DNA of 64,000 nt from Haliotis rufescens (Eukaryota), in the NCBI RefSeq assembly GCF_023055435.1, contig NW_025963791.1, positions 25,730,001 through 25,794,000 of the forward strand. The letters run 5' to 3'. Every line of letters begins with the position of its first letter. The stretch's first letter is position 1. The position numbers and the translations under genes are program-made. This document shows positions 52,173-64,000 of this stretch, in pieces. The notes beneath the pieces were generated by a model. It searched no databases. It was given only the letters and a program-made list of their open reading frames with translations, and was not told the DNA's origin.

Positions 52173-52580
52173 CGCCTGTTCAAACGTAAGAGGAAAATCT
52201 AATGATTACATAATGCCCCCTTTCCAAAAAAACCGTTAATAAGTCTTTGATATATCCCAAAGCTCGGACTTCTTATGTGTTCCATTAAAACAAGAGGGGC
52301 GGTCGGGTAGCCTTGTGGTTAAAGCGTTCGCTCGTCACAATAAGGCGGTACACAATCCCCGGGTACATTATAGTCGTCTTTATTATTATGCGTTATTTAG
52401 ATAAGATAAAATAGCATACCCTTCTGAATTGATCACATAAAAATTAACTTTTTCCGTTTGGTCTTGACTTTCAACATACTCTACCCATCTTGCTGGACTC
52501 TTGTTTCAATTAGTTTGTTTTACTGTCGATTCGTGAATAGATGACGGTTCTATCAACATTGAAAACCTCGTCATCCTTAC

Positions 52581-55000
52581 CTCCACTCGCTCTGTTACTG
52601 GCATGACCGCTGTCAGTTGATGCGACTGAAACACGATCACGAAAACAATATATGTCGACTATTGAGTGAGTGAGTGAGTTGGATTTTACGCCGCTCTTAA
52701 CAGTATTACAGTTATATCGGGCCGTGTCAGCTTAATGTGGGAGGAAAGCCCGAAGTGATGCAGACCTCAGACGTTTACCACTTCGGTGAAACCCACGAGC
52801 ACAGGTATGGTGCTGACAAACCTAGATACATAATCGGGGCGAACCGGGTTTCGAACCCACATCATAGGTTTCTGGCGTGCCCAAGGGAAGCAACTCTGTA
52901 CACCGAATCGCGGCGCCTCGACTCTTGAAAAAGCAAAAGAAGAGAGTTACAGTTGGACCGATAAACTGAATACAAGACACACACGAAATGACATTGTACA
53001 AGCAGATTATACCTTTCATCTCTGGCATGCACAACGACATATTAGTAGCTAGTGCGTTTGGTTTAACGAAGCTTTGAAAATTAATGTTACCTCACGTCGT
53101 GACTGGGAGGTGGGATAGCCTAGCGGTTATATATAGAGTTCGCTCGTCACGCCGAAGCCGCGGGTTCGATTCCCCAAATGGGTACAATGTGTGAAGCCCC
53201 TTTCTGGTGTCCCCTGCCGTGATACTGCTGGAATATTTTCTAAGAGCAGCGTAAAACTATACTCACTCACGTTGTGAAAGCTAAACCACTTTCCTACCCA
53301 GAGTTCCTTGCGATCAACCTAGTACCTCTGCATGCGCAATTTCTCATCACATCTTACACAGTCCATTAAAAAAATCACATTATGGTTTTCATCTGTTTTA
53401 TTTTTTTAAAGTCTACACATTAACAAAAAAAAGTGTTTTTAAGTGGTCATCTTTTACTGAGAAAATATCCTTGGGAAACCAACGGGCATGGGTATGGTGC
53501 TAACAAACCATGATTATAATCTGGGCGATTCCAGGAATCAACGACCAGCGGATCCTGGCACGGTCAATGGATGTACCTCTGCACAGCCACAAAGGGCGAA
53601 AGAGTGTGAAATTCTAGACCACGTTGGATGCAGATCAGGTGGATAGAGCAATACTATTATTACTCATATTAGTGCCAGGGCGTCAGTGAGTGTGTTAAAG
53701 GTAGACTTTGCGTCGGCAATATCCCACCCATATAACGACGAGAACAAATCATACATTCATAAAAGACGCATTAGAACATTACGGTAAATATCACCAATTG
53801 ATTCGGTGTAAATCAACTGGATAAATGTAAATCATTTCTAGACATAATTCATACATGTAAGGTGTATTAAGTGATGAGACTGTATTTATCTGACAACACA
53901 AAATCGAAATACCACTTTCTGTCGGAACTACTTTCGGTATGCTTCAACGTAAACACGCGTGTGCGCGCGTGTGTGTGTGATCGCAACATTCGTCATCAAT
54001 CGCCCCTTTCCGTAACCTGCAACAGGACTCGTCCCCCTATCGATGAATGTTATGTACGAAAATACGACAAACCAATCAGAATGCGCGTATGATTTCAAGT
54101 TCTTCGTCAAAGAATCCCTCAGAAATAATTTTTGATTTTACATATGTCTTGCATATAAGAATATACCAAAGACATAGTTAAGTTCAATCATGCTGTATAA
54201 TTCCACACGTCCCGATGTGCTTTAAATTGCATCTGAAATATATATAATATATGTGGAAAATGTGTGAACCATTACGCAACGAATTGACAATTGTTTGAGG
54301 TATGCCCGTTTGCGCTAAGGCGGAACCCGGTCGCAAAAATGGCCACGAGAGGGGCACGAGTCGCAATTCGGCTTGTCCCGGAATAACACGAGTTGGTCAC
54401 GAATGTGATCGCAAGTCAGTCTGGTTGTTATTGAACTTATCGTGCGAAGTGATTGAAGCGTCATAAAATCGTGCCGGATTGTGGCAAATGCAACAATGCA
54501 GCTGTCATTCAAATTTCGACCACTGTTTAATTGTTTAATTGTTTAATCGTTTAATTGAAGTATAGAAGCACCTTACCCGACATTCTAGCACCAACTGCTT
54601 GTAGACTCTCGTCTCCACATGACTTGAGAACGCCGGCCACTACTTCGTCTATGACCCCCTTGAGCTCCCTGCCCAAATCTTGTATGCGCATAGCCCTGGA
54701 CACAAGTAGGACAGGCCCTGCACTGGCTACACTCTCCGAGTTGGGACGAGAGTCAATTCCTTCGTCGGACCCAGAGTAACGTTTCCGAGTTTCCCTTTGG
54801 TCCTGGTGTAATTTGAGTTTGGAAGCTAGCTCTTTATTTGCGCAACACTGGTTTAAAAAGATTTCCAAAATTTCTTTGTGTATGCCATCAGTGACATTGT
54901 CGTCCCGTGCAGACATTGCGTCACCCACTGTCGTCGTCAGATCATCTGGGTTTACACCTGAATTGTGCATGTTTAAGTTAGAATTTGTCACGACCACCAT
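52581..55000 (-). CDS. Duplicated exons 1-2 of the 228-aa gene (alternative 5' module or partial copy)
   Basis: Exons 55000-54577 and 52625-52581 are intact with splice sites. Nine aa differences from copy 1. Exons 3-4 are not duplicated. Confidence 0.6.
53987..54405 (+). mobile_element. 419-bp MITE with 9-bp TSD (Mutator-like), private to duplicate copy 2
   Basis: CATTCGT...ACGAATG termini, TSD TGATCGCAA, and an empty site at ~51463-51471. Confidence 0.92.
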
Positions 55001-55242
55001 GACATATAATAATGCAGAATCGTAAATTCCCGAGTAAACTGTGCCCAAAATAAATGCCGGATTGATTGACGCACCAAAATATATGTCTTGTGTAAAACGC
55101 CAGCCACGTGTATATATAAACGCCTGTTCAAACGTAAGAGGAAAATCTAATGATTACATAATGATCCCTTTCCAAAAAACCCGTTAATAAGTCTTTGATA
55201 TATCCCAAACCTCGGTCTCCTTTTGTGTTCCCTTAAAACAAG

Positions 55243-55408
55243 TGGGGCGATCGGGTAGCCTTGTGGTTAAAGCGTTCGCTCGTCACGCCGAAGACCCGGG
55301 TTCGATTCCCGACATGGGTACAATGGGTGAAGCCCATTTCTGGTGTCCCCCGCCGTGATATTGCTGGAATATTGCTAAAAGCGGCGTAAAACCATACTCA
55401 CTCACTCA
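55243..55408 (+). mobile_element. tRNA(Asp)-like-head SINE, family C, full length
   Basis: Box A TAGCCTTGTGG, box B GGTTCGATTCC, GTC anticodon-like loop, (ACTC)n tail and TSD CTTAAAACAAGTGG. Other copies at ~50425-50592, ~53104-53270 and ~55450-55683 (-). Confidence 0.92.
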
Positions 55409-56788
55409 CTTAAAACAAGTGGAACACGTGAAACGTATCGATAGTGAAGAGTGAGTGTATGTTTATACGTTTGTCGCTATCCATGCAGGAATATCACGGC
55501 GGTGGGACTCCAGGAATCCACCGTCACTACTCGCATCTCTTCGTAAGCTACATTCGGCCTGTTGGCATGAGTTGGTCATGATCGACCAGGAATTGGCTTC
55601 ACACTCTGTACCAATGTGGAGAATCGAACCCTGCCATTTGGCGTGATGAGCAAACTCTTTAACCACAGGCTATCCCACAACCCGTAACACAGATAAGAGA
55701 CATTTCAAACAAAAGTGTAAAAGTCTTGGTCGAAATGCCTCTCTGAAACTCACAGACGCACGCCACAAACTTACGACAGGCCTGAAACATTCGGAAAAAA
55801 ATTCAATACCCGGCACTTATTTAAGTACTTATAAAAACACATCAAAACCACTCCCTACTGTAAAAGTTGCGTACAATAGCATATTATTAGAACTACTTCC
55901 TTCTTAGTCCTCGACCTACATAGCAATCTATAGTGCTCTACGAACAGTGAATACAGTCTGTTGGCGACACACCTATATACAGGTATTATCAGAGATGTAC
56001 GGATTTGCTACTGTATATTGAAAATCACTTTTTTTACCTCAAAAGCTCAGCCTCCCTTCCCTAATCGCCATACTCCGAGAAAATCTCTAACTCTCTGATG
56101 TATGACTGTGTATCTATATCAGCGTATAACTTCCTTGATATACACCCAATCAAATCACTTTGAAAATGGTCACGTGCGGTGAACATACTCGTCTATATGT
56201 ACCCGTCGTCAATAAGTAAACCACGTGCCGAGAACATATGGGGACAGCAAGGCGAAAGGAACGTTCACATCGTACAACTAGCTGTATACAATCCGTTGCA
56301 TGCAACACCTTGTATCGTCTGAACCTGCAAGTCGGGCCAACTTTTGACGTATGCAATTTGTCGGACGTAAGTTGTACGGCAAAGGATATGTTCCGTCTTT
56401 CAGAGACAAGTTGTACGTTTGCAGTTAGCCAGCCAGGGCAACTATTTCTTCTGAAGAAGTCCAAGATCTTACGAAATCAGAGTTGTATTCAACTGATCAC
56501 TGTGTGAACGCCTAGCTGCATGCCACTTTAATTTATACAACTAAAACCATGCAAAAGTTGTACCAATACCGTGGGATTGCCCTTTAAGGGCGAAACTATG
56601 TTTAGTAGTTTCAGGTGCCTCAGACCAGTGGGCCCTCGTTCTGCAACTATAGGCACATATGAATATAGCTGTTACATTTAATAATGACAGTTTGCTTTCT
56701 ATAACATATTCAAACCCTAGAATTCACACAGCAGTTGCTGTAGTTTAGTTTATAGAATGTCCCGTAACATTATTACACGATAATTACC

Positions 56789-57194
56789 CATTCGTGACCA
56801 ACTCGTGTTATTCCGGGACAAGCCGAATTGCGACTCGTGCCCCTCTCGTGGCCATTTTTGCAACCATCTTAGCGCAAACGGGCATACCTCAAACAATTGT
56901 CAATTCGTTGCGTAATGGTTCACACATTTTCCACATATATTATATATATTTCAGATGCAATTTAAAGCACATCGGGACGTGCGAATTTATACAGCATGAT
57001 TGAACACATTTAACTATGTCTTTGGTATATTCTTATATGCAAGACATATGTAAAATCAAAATTATTTCTGAGGGGTTCTTTGACGAAGAACTTGAAATCA
57101 TACGCGCATTCTGATTGGTTTGTCGTATTTTCGCACATAACATTCATCGATAGGGGGACGAGTCCTCTTGCAGGTTACGGAAAGGGGCGATTGG
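56789..57194 (-). mobile_element. Second, inverted copy of the 419-bp MITE
   Basis: Near-identical reverse complement of 53987-54405. TSD ATAATTACC; 9-bp deletion in one TIR. Confidence 0.92.
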
Positions 57195-57490
57195 ATAATT
57201 ACCATACTGCCAGTGAGGTAAAGTGTGTTGAGATTGCGCTGCTTCAGAACAAGAATCAGGGCAGTGTAGCCCGGGTTTTGTTTCATCACATGGGTAGAAT
57301 GTGTGGAGCTCATTTCTGGTGGCCCCCTTCCTGACATTCCTGGAATATTACCAAAAAGGTGCGGTTTGCAGACAGGATTCTAAGGCGTTCCCGAGATCAG
57401 CAATGAGTCAGAAGAGCAGTAACCCTGCCGTTGATGCCAGAACACCACCTAGAAGATGTGTGGGTACGCGCCCTGGTAGAATTTAGGGTG

Positions 57491-57870
57491 TTGCAATTTT
57501 CAGACTATGTCACTGCGTACTGGGTAGAGGGCAACTACAGCAGAACATCGTGGAACCATTTCAAAACCCAAGGTCAACGTACCACCAACCACGCCGAGGA
57601 ATGACACTCGAATGTAACCTCAACATTAGCATTTCCCCACCCAAACATCTTCAAATTCACCAACATCTTCAAACTCACCAACATCTTCAAATCTGAGCAA
57701 GCCTACACCAAACAATTATATCAAGCTACACGGCAAGGGCAAGCAACGCCCAAAGAAATCTAAATATCGCCAACTAGAACTGAGACTGCAGGCAGAAAAA
57801 AAACAACCTGCAAAACGGAACGAAGACAATTAATGAGAATGCTGATGCATTTTCTTATCTAACTGCCTAG
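57491..57870 (+). mobile_element. Decayed MULE (Mutator) transposase C-terminal region
   Basis: FSDYVTAYWVEG...WNHF...RTTNHAEE*H...HPNIFKF...SEQ matches the MULE RT(N)NxxEGWH...HPN motif. Stops and frameshifts present. Confidence 0.85.
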
Positions 57871-58518
57871 TACATTTCAACTTAGTATCTTGAAATTTTA
57901 ACTTAATATCTTGAAATTTCAAGGAAAAAAGGAAAAAACAAGTGACCCTAAACGACTTCACCATAATGGTAAAGACTCACGACCGGCATCAGTTGGTGTT
58001 TGTCTCCTACTTTCAGCTTCCACTGCCTGATATCACTGAATTAGTGTTAAATGATTTGATAAAGCTAACTCACTTACTCGCTCTAATGAAAGACTGGAAA
58101 AGGAAAGAGCGCCACAGTCAATCACTCAGGCACCCAGTAAAGAATACCATACTGAGTGCATTTGTGCAAATCCCGCATAAACATTAAATATGTATTTGTG
58201 TTGTACAGTCATTCTATAAATACACATACTTGGAAATACCCTGGTTTAACCCGAACTTCCTCCTGCTTAATTAAACAAGGCGATGACTCAGTGCGGAAAT
58301 AGACCGGAGCGCCTTGGTTTTTCCCATCATGGTCACGTAGTACGTTGAAATTCGATTCGTGTAACAGGATAGCCAGATGAACAGTTGTCAAACCGCTATA
58401 TTTACATGTGGCTATGTGTGTATGTGTGAAATAATGAACTAGTTCACAGGCACGAGAGCAAACTGCACTACGAGTTGCAAATGTGACGACACACTCAGAC
58501 ACACCCTGTTGGTTATAA

Positions 58519-58833
58519 CAGGGTATGAAACTCCTAAAAACTTCACAGCCAGACCACAGGACTGGCTAGCTGAAATACTTGCCACCCCTGACCAAAACCT
58601 GCCTGCCCACTATAATCATATGTTTCTCAGGATAAGCTAACGGGGTTTCTTTTTGGTTACATTTTATCATTCATCTTTACATGTGAATTAATGCTTATCA
58701 TCGGGAAATATTTAGAATATTGTCACATATGAAATATAACCCGACCGTCGGGCAGGTGGATTTGAAAATCTGGCAGCCCGAGTTGAAATCAACCCGTCTC
58801 GGACGGTCGGGCAGGCAGGTATTTCGAACACTG
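58519..58833. mobile_element. MITE with CAG...CTG ends (hAT/P-like)
   Basis: CAGGGTATGAAA / TTTCGAACACTG ends with (G)GTTATAA duplicated on both flanks. Confidence 0.65.
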
Positions 58834-59599
58834 GTTATAATTAGAGCGTTCGGTGACATGTATTTTTACCCTTTTGAATGAAACTTTCCCCAGTAGCATA
58901 ACTCATAGGCCGTTTAATATTTCTTAAGAACCTTGAGGTGGACTAAGTGAGTTAAGTCACTTTACACCATATATTGATGAATATTTGCTTATTAAAGAAT
59001 AAAAAGTAATTTGTAATAAAATCCCGCGCTTATTTGTCATGTCACGTTAGAAAAGTGTGCTCAGGGATGTTATTTGTGAAACACATACATCCATTGCTGA
59101 GAGAATGCGAGTTCGTGACGAATGAATACCGCAGTTCATCTCATATGCATAATATGTTATAGTCAATTTATCTCACCACAGTCGTCACAAGCGCAGCAAT
59201 ACGCTCTGAAGAGTGGCGTCCCTTAGGAGTGCCACAACCTACATTCGCCTTGATTTTTTTTCTAGGTTTGTCAGCACAACAACTATTTTTCCATTATGGA
59301 TTACCGCCAAGCTAATATTCCAAATACCAAATATTGGCGGCCCGAGTGACTCGTAGAATTGCTATTTGAAAGACTCTCAAGGATAAATTGGCTTGTGAAA
59401 TGAAAGCATCGTTTAAGTTGTTTGCTTTCGGTGAGATGACATGATTCGATGGATTTTTTTCTTATCTCAAAAGTTCAGTATTTCACTCTGCAATTAGATA
59501 GGAAGTCAAGTTAACCAGCCGGACTCCTGATGCTGCGACGGCCACAAACTCACAGCATAAGGAGTATAATAATAACGCTTTAAGTCCTTAGAGTAAGAG

Positions 59600-59940
59600 G
59601 CCGCCTCCGTGGTTTAGTGGTAGAGCGTCCGCCCGGAGAGCGGAAGGTCCGGGGTTCGATCCCCGGCCGCGTCATACCAAAAGACGTTAAAAGATGGTAC
59701 TTGTTGTGACCCTGTCTGGCGCTCGGCATTAAGGGGCTAAAACAAGGACTGGTCGGCTCGGAGTCAGTTTACTGTGTCTGAGTGGGATATTCATGTTAAA
59801 CTGCGGCATGGTATCTCAGTGAGCTAGCACTATAAATCGGCATCAGTCCGGACTAGTACAAGCAGCCACACACGTACATGCACGTCGCTATATAAGTGCA
59901 ATAATCTTGGACGTGACGTTAAACCCAATTTCACCTCACC
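59600..59940 (+). mobile_element. tRNA-head SINE, family A (Meta/MESC-like), full length and young
   Basis: Box A TGGTTTAGTGG, box B GGTTCGATCCC and a perfect TSD (CC)TTAGAGTAAGAG. Confidence 0.95.
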
Positions 59941-60242
59941 TTAGAGTAAGAGCGAGGGGTAAACTACATCGGCTGACACTGTACACACGGTGCTGTGTCA
60001 TCCCAGCATTGCAAGTTAATTCCAAATCTTACTTTTTATATCCAAACAATGACCGCCAGCGCTGTTGCCTGACCCCAGTGAGAGTAGGGTTGTGTCCGTT
60101 ACACTGCAGCCTAGTCCATTCAAGCGATCTACAATGTATATACAACAACATCCGACTCTGAATCACAACTACTGCTGTCATCTCACCACTAGACATTAAC
60201 GTCCAAATAGGACATATCCAATCAAACGAAATTGCAAATGTA

Positions 60243-60425
60243 TGTTTGTTTGTTGTTTAACGCCACACTCAATATTCCAGCTATATGAGGGCGGTCTGTA
60301 AACAACCGAGAACCAGAAAATTCAGTGGTTTACATCATGAGCATCGATCTACGCAATTGGGATACGATGACATTCATCAACCAAGTCAGCGATCCTGACC
60401 ACCCGATCCCGCGTTAGTTGCCCCT
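60243..60425 (-). mobile_element. Family B retroposon, diverged
   Basis: Body and tail match. Confidence 0.8.
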
Positions 60426-60640
60426 TGCCTGGAAGACATTTCCTAATCTTCGATCAGAGTGGAAAGGGTTTGTCGCATTTATTTAGTTCTTGTATTTCCC
60501 GTTGTAACAAATTAAAATTTACTTTCAATTAAGACATAACGTAGGCCATAACACAAAAAAATAGTTGGCCATAGGCTAGAAAAGTGCCAGGAAGCTTTCA
60601 TCGAGTTATTTTTATAATTCGAGTTAATGAAACTAGAGGA

Positions 60641-60802
60641 GTGAGTGAGTATGGTTTTACGCCGCTTTTAGCAATATTCCAGCAATATCACGGCGGGGGA
60701 CACCAGAAATGGGCTTCACACATTGTACCCATGTCGGGAATCGAACCCGGGTCTTCAGCGTGACGAGCGAACGCTTTAACCACTAGGCTACTCGACCGCC
60801 CC
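60641..60802 (-). mobile_element. Family C SINE, full length
   Basis: TSD AAACTAGAGGA; boxes A and B intact. Confidence 0.92.
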
Positions 60803-61742
60803 TAAAACTAGAGGAAATGAGGTTTCGCTGTGAACATCAGTGTGTGGTCAGAAAAATAAATTGTGTTTGAACTGTGCCCCGTACCCCCTTTTCAAGAAAA
60901 AGCGACCATTTGTGTTAAAAAATACATGGTAAAAGAGTTTCCCCAGGGGGGCAGCGACATCATGTTTAGCTTGTTTTCTATAATCTGAAAACAGTGACAA
61001 AAGTGAAAAAGGGCACCGAAAAATTGACCAGGGTGACTTAGTACAAAACTAACAGCCTTATCGCAACGATGATCGTAAGTCTTAAAGTATGGGAGTTACG
61101 ATCACCGTAGCGTTAGGATCCCTTTGTACAACAACACCCAGTTGGTGTGTGTCGTGACAGAGGCAATCCTATCCTTTGTGAAAGAAGAGGTAGACAGTAG
61201 TCCATTCCATGATATGGTTTAACATCTATTTGTATGTTTCAAAAACTAATGCGTGTCGAAGTTGCGTTGAATCCAAAATTTAAGTGAGCGATTGGAGATC
61301 ACTCTTAGTCCCACGCGTGTCTACCTCAGTGGAGGTGGAAGAAGTGCTCGTAAAATAGCCAATGTGGCGACACCGTCCTTCGAAGAGGAAAGGTCCGCTC
61401 GGATTCGCTGACTAAACAGCATCACAATACTATGTGGCATGTACTAAGAGACAGCGTTTACCCCAATTTGTGCATAATAGGAAATTAAGGTGTAATCCAT
61501 GTGACCAGCGGTTGAAATGTACGGATAATTTGACCGCCTGCATTTATTACGCTTGTCGTGAGATAAAAGAGCACCCGAGTGACCATGAACATATATGACA
61601 GGTGTGTAAATATGGTAGACACAATGTTATGGATAACAACTTCTTTAATACTGTAAAGTGCGACGTTTCGGTATAGATCCTTATACCGTTGTCAAACAAC
61701 TTCGTGTGCACAATTGGAATCCCAGATGTCTACTTCGTGTGC

Positions 61743-61919
61743 GACCCGAGAAGATCTGGGAAAGAATAAGTCTTCAGCAACCCATGCTTGCCGTAGCAGG
61801 CGACTATGCTTGTCGTAAGACAACGTAAATAATCAAGTCTAGACCAGACAATCCATTGATCGATCCACGCCATTGGGATACGATGATATGCATCAAGCAA
61901 GTCAGCGAGCCTGACCACC
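61743..61919. mobile_element. Rearranged family B copy (head +, body inverted)
   Basis: 61743-61820 is head in sense; 61825-61919 is body in antisense; no tail. Confidence 0.85.
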
Positions 61920-61923
61920 ACTT

Positions 61924-62905
61924 CTACTTCTTGGCTGGCTTCTTCACCACCGCCCGCTCTTCCTCCAGCCTCTTCAGTTTCTCCTCCCTCACCTGAAGCT
62001 GATACTCTGCCTTCATTTTCTTGATGAAAAGGCGACGCTTCTTCTCGTCCTTGACAGCTTTGTGCTTTATTTCTTTGTCCAGTTGTTTCCTCTGGACTTG
62101 CTCCACCAACCTGTTTAAAATCAGTTCAATCATGTTTATTTTGGTTTGTTTGTTTGTTTCTTAACGCCGAACTAAGCAATATCCCAGCTGTATGACAGCG
62201 GTCTGTTAATAATCGAATCTGGGCGAGACAATCCCATTGATTGACATCCTCTACGCATCATCAATAGGAATACGATGACATTCACCAACCAAGTGAGCGA
62301 GCCTGACCAACCGATACCATTTGACATTTAATATGGTTTTCTTGAGCCTGGTCCAGACTAGATTATATATAAGCCATCATTTTTCGATTAAATCCCATCT
62401 CTATATATATACATAAATGTTACATGTAGGATCAGGCTGTATCTTATGCTGTTTATTTATGTAAACTTCTTTCTTGAAAAGTCCCATGGTGGGATTCTTT
62501 CCTCAACTGTGATTAGTAATTTACTCGATAACATTATATTTGAAATAATCAGTGACGTATAGAACCACAAATAACCTACTTATCATATCTGAAAACATCC
62601 GCTATGATTTGCTTCTCTTCGGACGTGTAATGACCTCGTAATGGAATTCGCCATAGGCGTCGGGGAGCTCTGCCACGGGGAACAACCCCCTCCACTGCGG
62701 GGACAGAGAAGGCAACTCCTCCGCTTGACTGACGGTCGGGGACCAAACCCTCGTCTCGTAACTGTTGAAGAATCTTCGTCCGTGACAGTCGGGATTTTGA
62801 CGGTGTCACGTAGTACAGCTCGTGAGGACAGTTGATCTTGCCCGTCAGAGCCTCCTCGGGAGATGTCTGCTTGAAAGGCTTAACCTTGGTCTGTTTGCAT
62901 CCCAT
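61924..62905 (-). CDS. Stathmin-domain (STMND1/CCDC198-like) protein, 170 aa, 2 coding exons
   Basis: Exons 62905-62580 and 62110-61924 (GT-AG, phase 2). MGC N-terminal acylation motif, ILQQLRDEGLV...GGVAFSV...RAPRRL segment, then a K/E/R-rich coiled coil. A family B fragment sits in the intron (~62145-62318). Confidence 0.7.
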
Positions 62906-64000
62906 TTTAGACAGATCTGGACGCCCTTGACGCCTCAACCATCGTCCGAGTTTCTACCACAAGAGTAGTAAAGTAATGTGAGGACACTTTGGGCGATTTG
63001 ATGACACAATGAATAAAACACTGGAGAACACACAATGGACGACACACAGGGAGACACACACTAGATGATAAACTGGATGATGACACAGCTGATGCCTCGG
63101 TTTGAGTCCCAGACGTGTCTGGACACACATCTATGTCTGTGATTTTCAATTTGTGTTCATGCGATTATTTCCAAAGCCCTGCATCTTTTATCTACTTTAT
63201 TATCACGTAACTCATATTTCATCTTATTTATTTTAAATCATGTTCGTTTTAGCCCCATCAGGGATCACGGGTGATCAATGCATATGAATGTGACAGCAAC
63301 GAAGTCGTGCTAGCGTCACACCAGGTGTTGTGTCTCAGACAAAAAGAAATATTTATCATCCTAACAAATCGTCACCTCTCTACCCCCTCTTGATAAACTT
63401 CCTGTTACAGTACTTGACAGGGCAGAGGCACATTTGCTGTGTTCGTACAGAAAGCATTACAGCAGAGCTATAATTATATGACTCATATGTAAATAAACAA
63501 TGTGTTTGTGCAACGCGCATGACGATAAAATTATATTTCTGACACGCTGTGCTGGTTTCACTGAATATTCTGCAGATGTTAGGCACGAATAGACATTCAA
63601 TTCAAACATCAAACACTGACTGAAACAAATGGAACGTATGTGTGTGGTATCATCAAAGCTGTGAACGTCCACGGACCCTGTCACTGCAAGCATTATTCCC
63701 GTAGGTTGAAGCGCTGTGAATAGAGAAATGCCCTTATTCTATTTCTCCTTCTTAAACACAGCCTACAGTTAGATTCGTAAATACACTTACTGTCTCAAAG
63801 TCGCCGTAATCCATTATACAGAGTTGCGGTTATTAGACGTTTCAGGATCCGCTGATCATGGGTTCTATTCCTGTGCTCGTATATCCAGACACTCAACCAC
63901 CCACCTGAGATGTGAGGTTCAAACTAGTTTAGCGCGCGGGTTTGGAGGGTATGCCTTCAACCGAAATGGTCTTTACAGAATCCGCTGACTAAAGTCGAAG

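Larger units (their letters stand above)
49658..55286. repeat. Tandem segmental duplication: 49658-52338 and 52341-55286
   Basis: Colinear high-identity copies. The junction cuts a family C SINE head at 52338. Each copy has one private insertion. Confidence 0.95.

Noticed and set aside
59600-59675. tRNA genes (also 55243 and 60730-60802)
   Set aside because: Acceptor stems do not pair. Each head continues into a repeat body and tail flanked by TSDs, so these are SINE heads.

Overview
Eukaryotic, intron-rich, AT-rich animal DNA. The SINE and LINE content looks molluscan, possibly abalone-like (inference from recalled repeat sequences, not a search). Bases 1-7.26 kb are a highly homogeneous 370-bp tandem array. 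Each monomer is bounded by a perfect 33-bp inverted repeat, and a diverged copy of that repeat recurs alone at 8633-8665, so the array looks like an amplified end of a DNA transposon. Five spliced genes were reconstructed by hand; the ORF track shows them only in part or not at all. They are: GFER/ERV1 (+, 28048-31858); a 74-aa NDUFA3-like gene head-to-head with it (-, 27892-22126); two uncharacterised minus-strand genes with matching exon phases and shared motifs (38021-35907 and 52052-48239); and an STMND1-like gene (-, 62905-61924). The 52052 gene has its promoter and exons 1-2 tandemly duplicated. The rest is four SINE-like families, many MITEs, decayed Tc1, MULE, R4/Dong-like and other LINE relics, Penelope-like hammerhead-type motifs and a 26-bp minisatellite. 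There is no CRISPR array, rRNA or true tRNA gene. Nearly all ORF-track entries are spurious.
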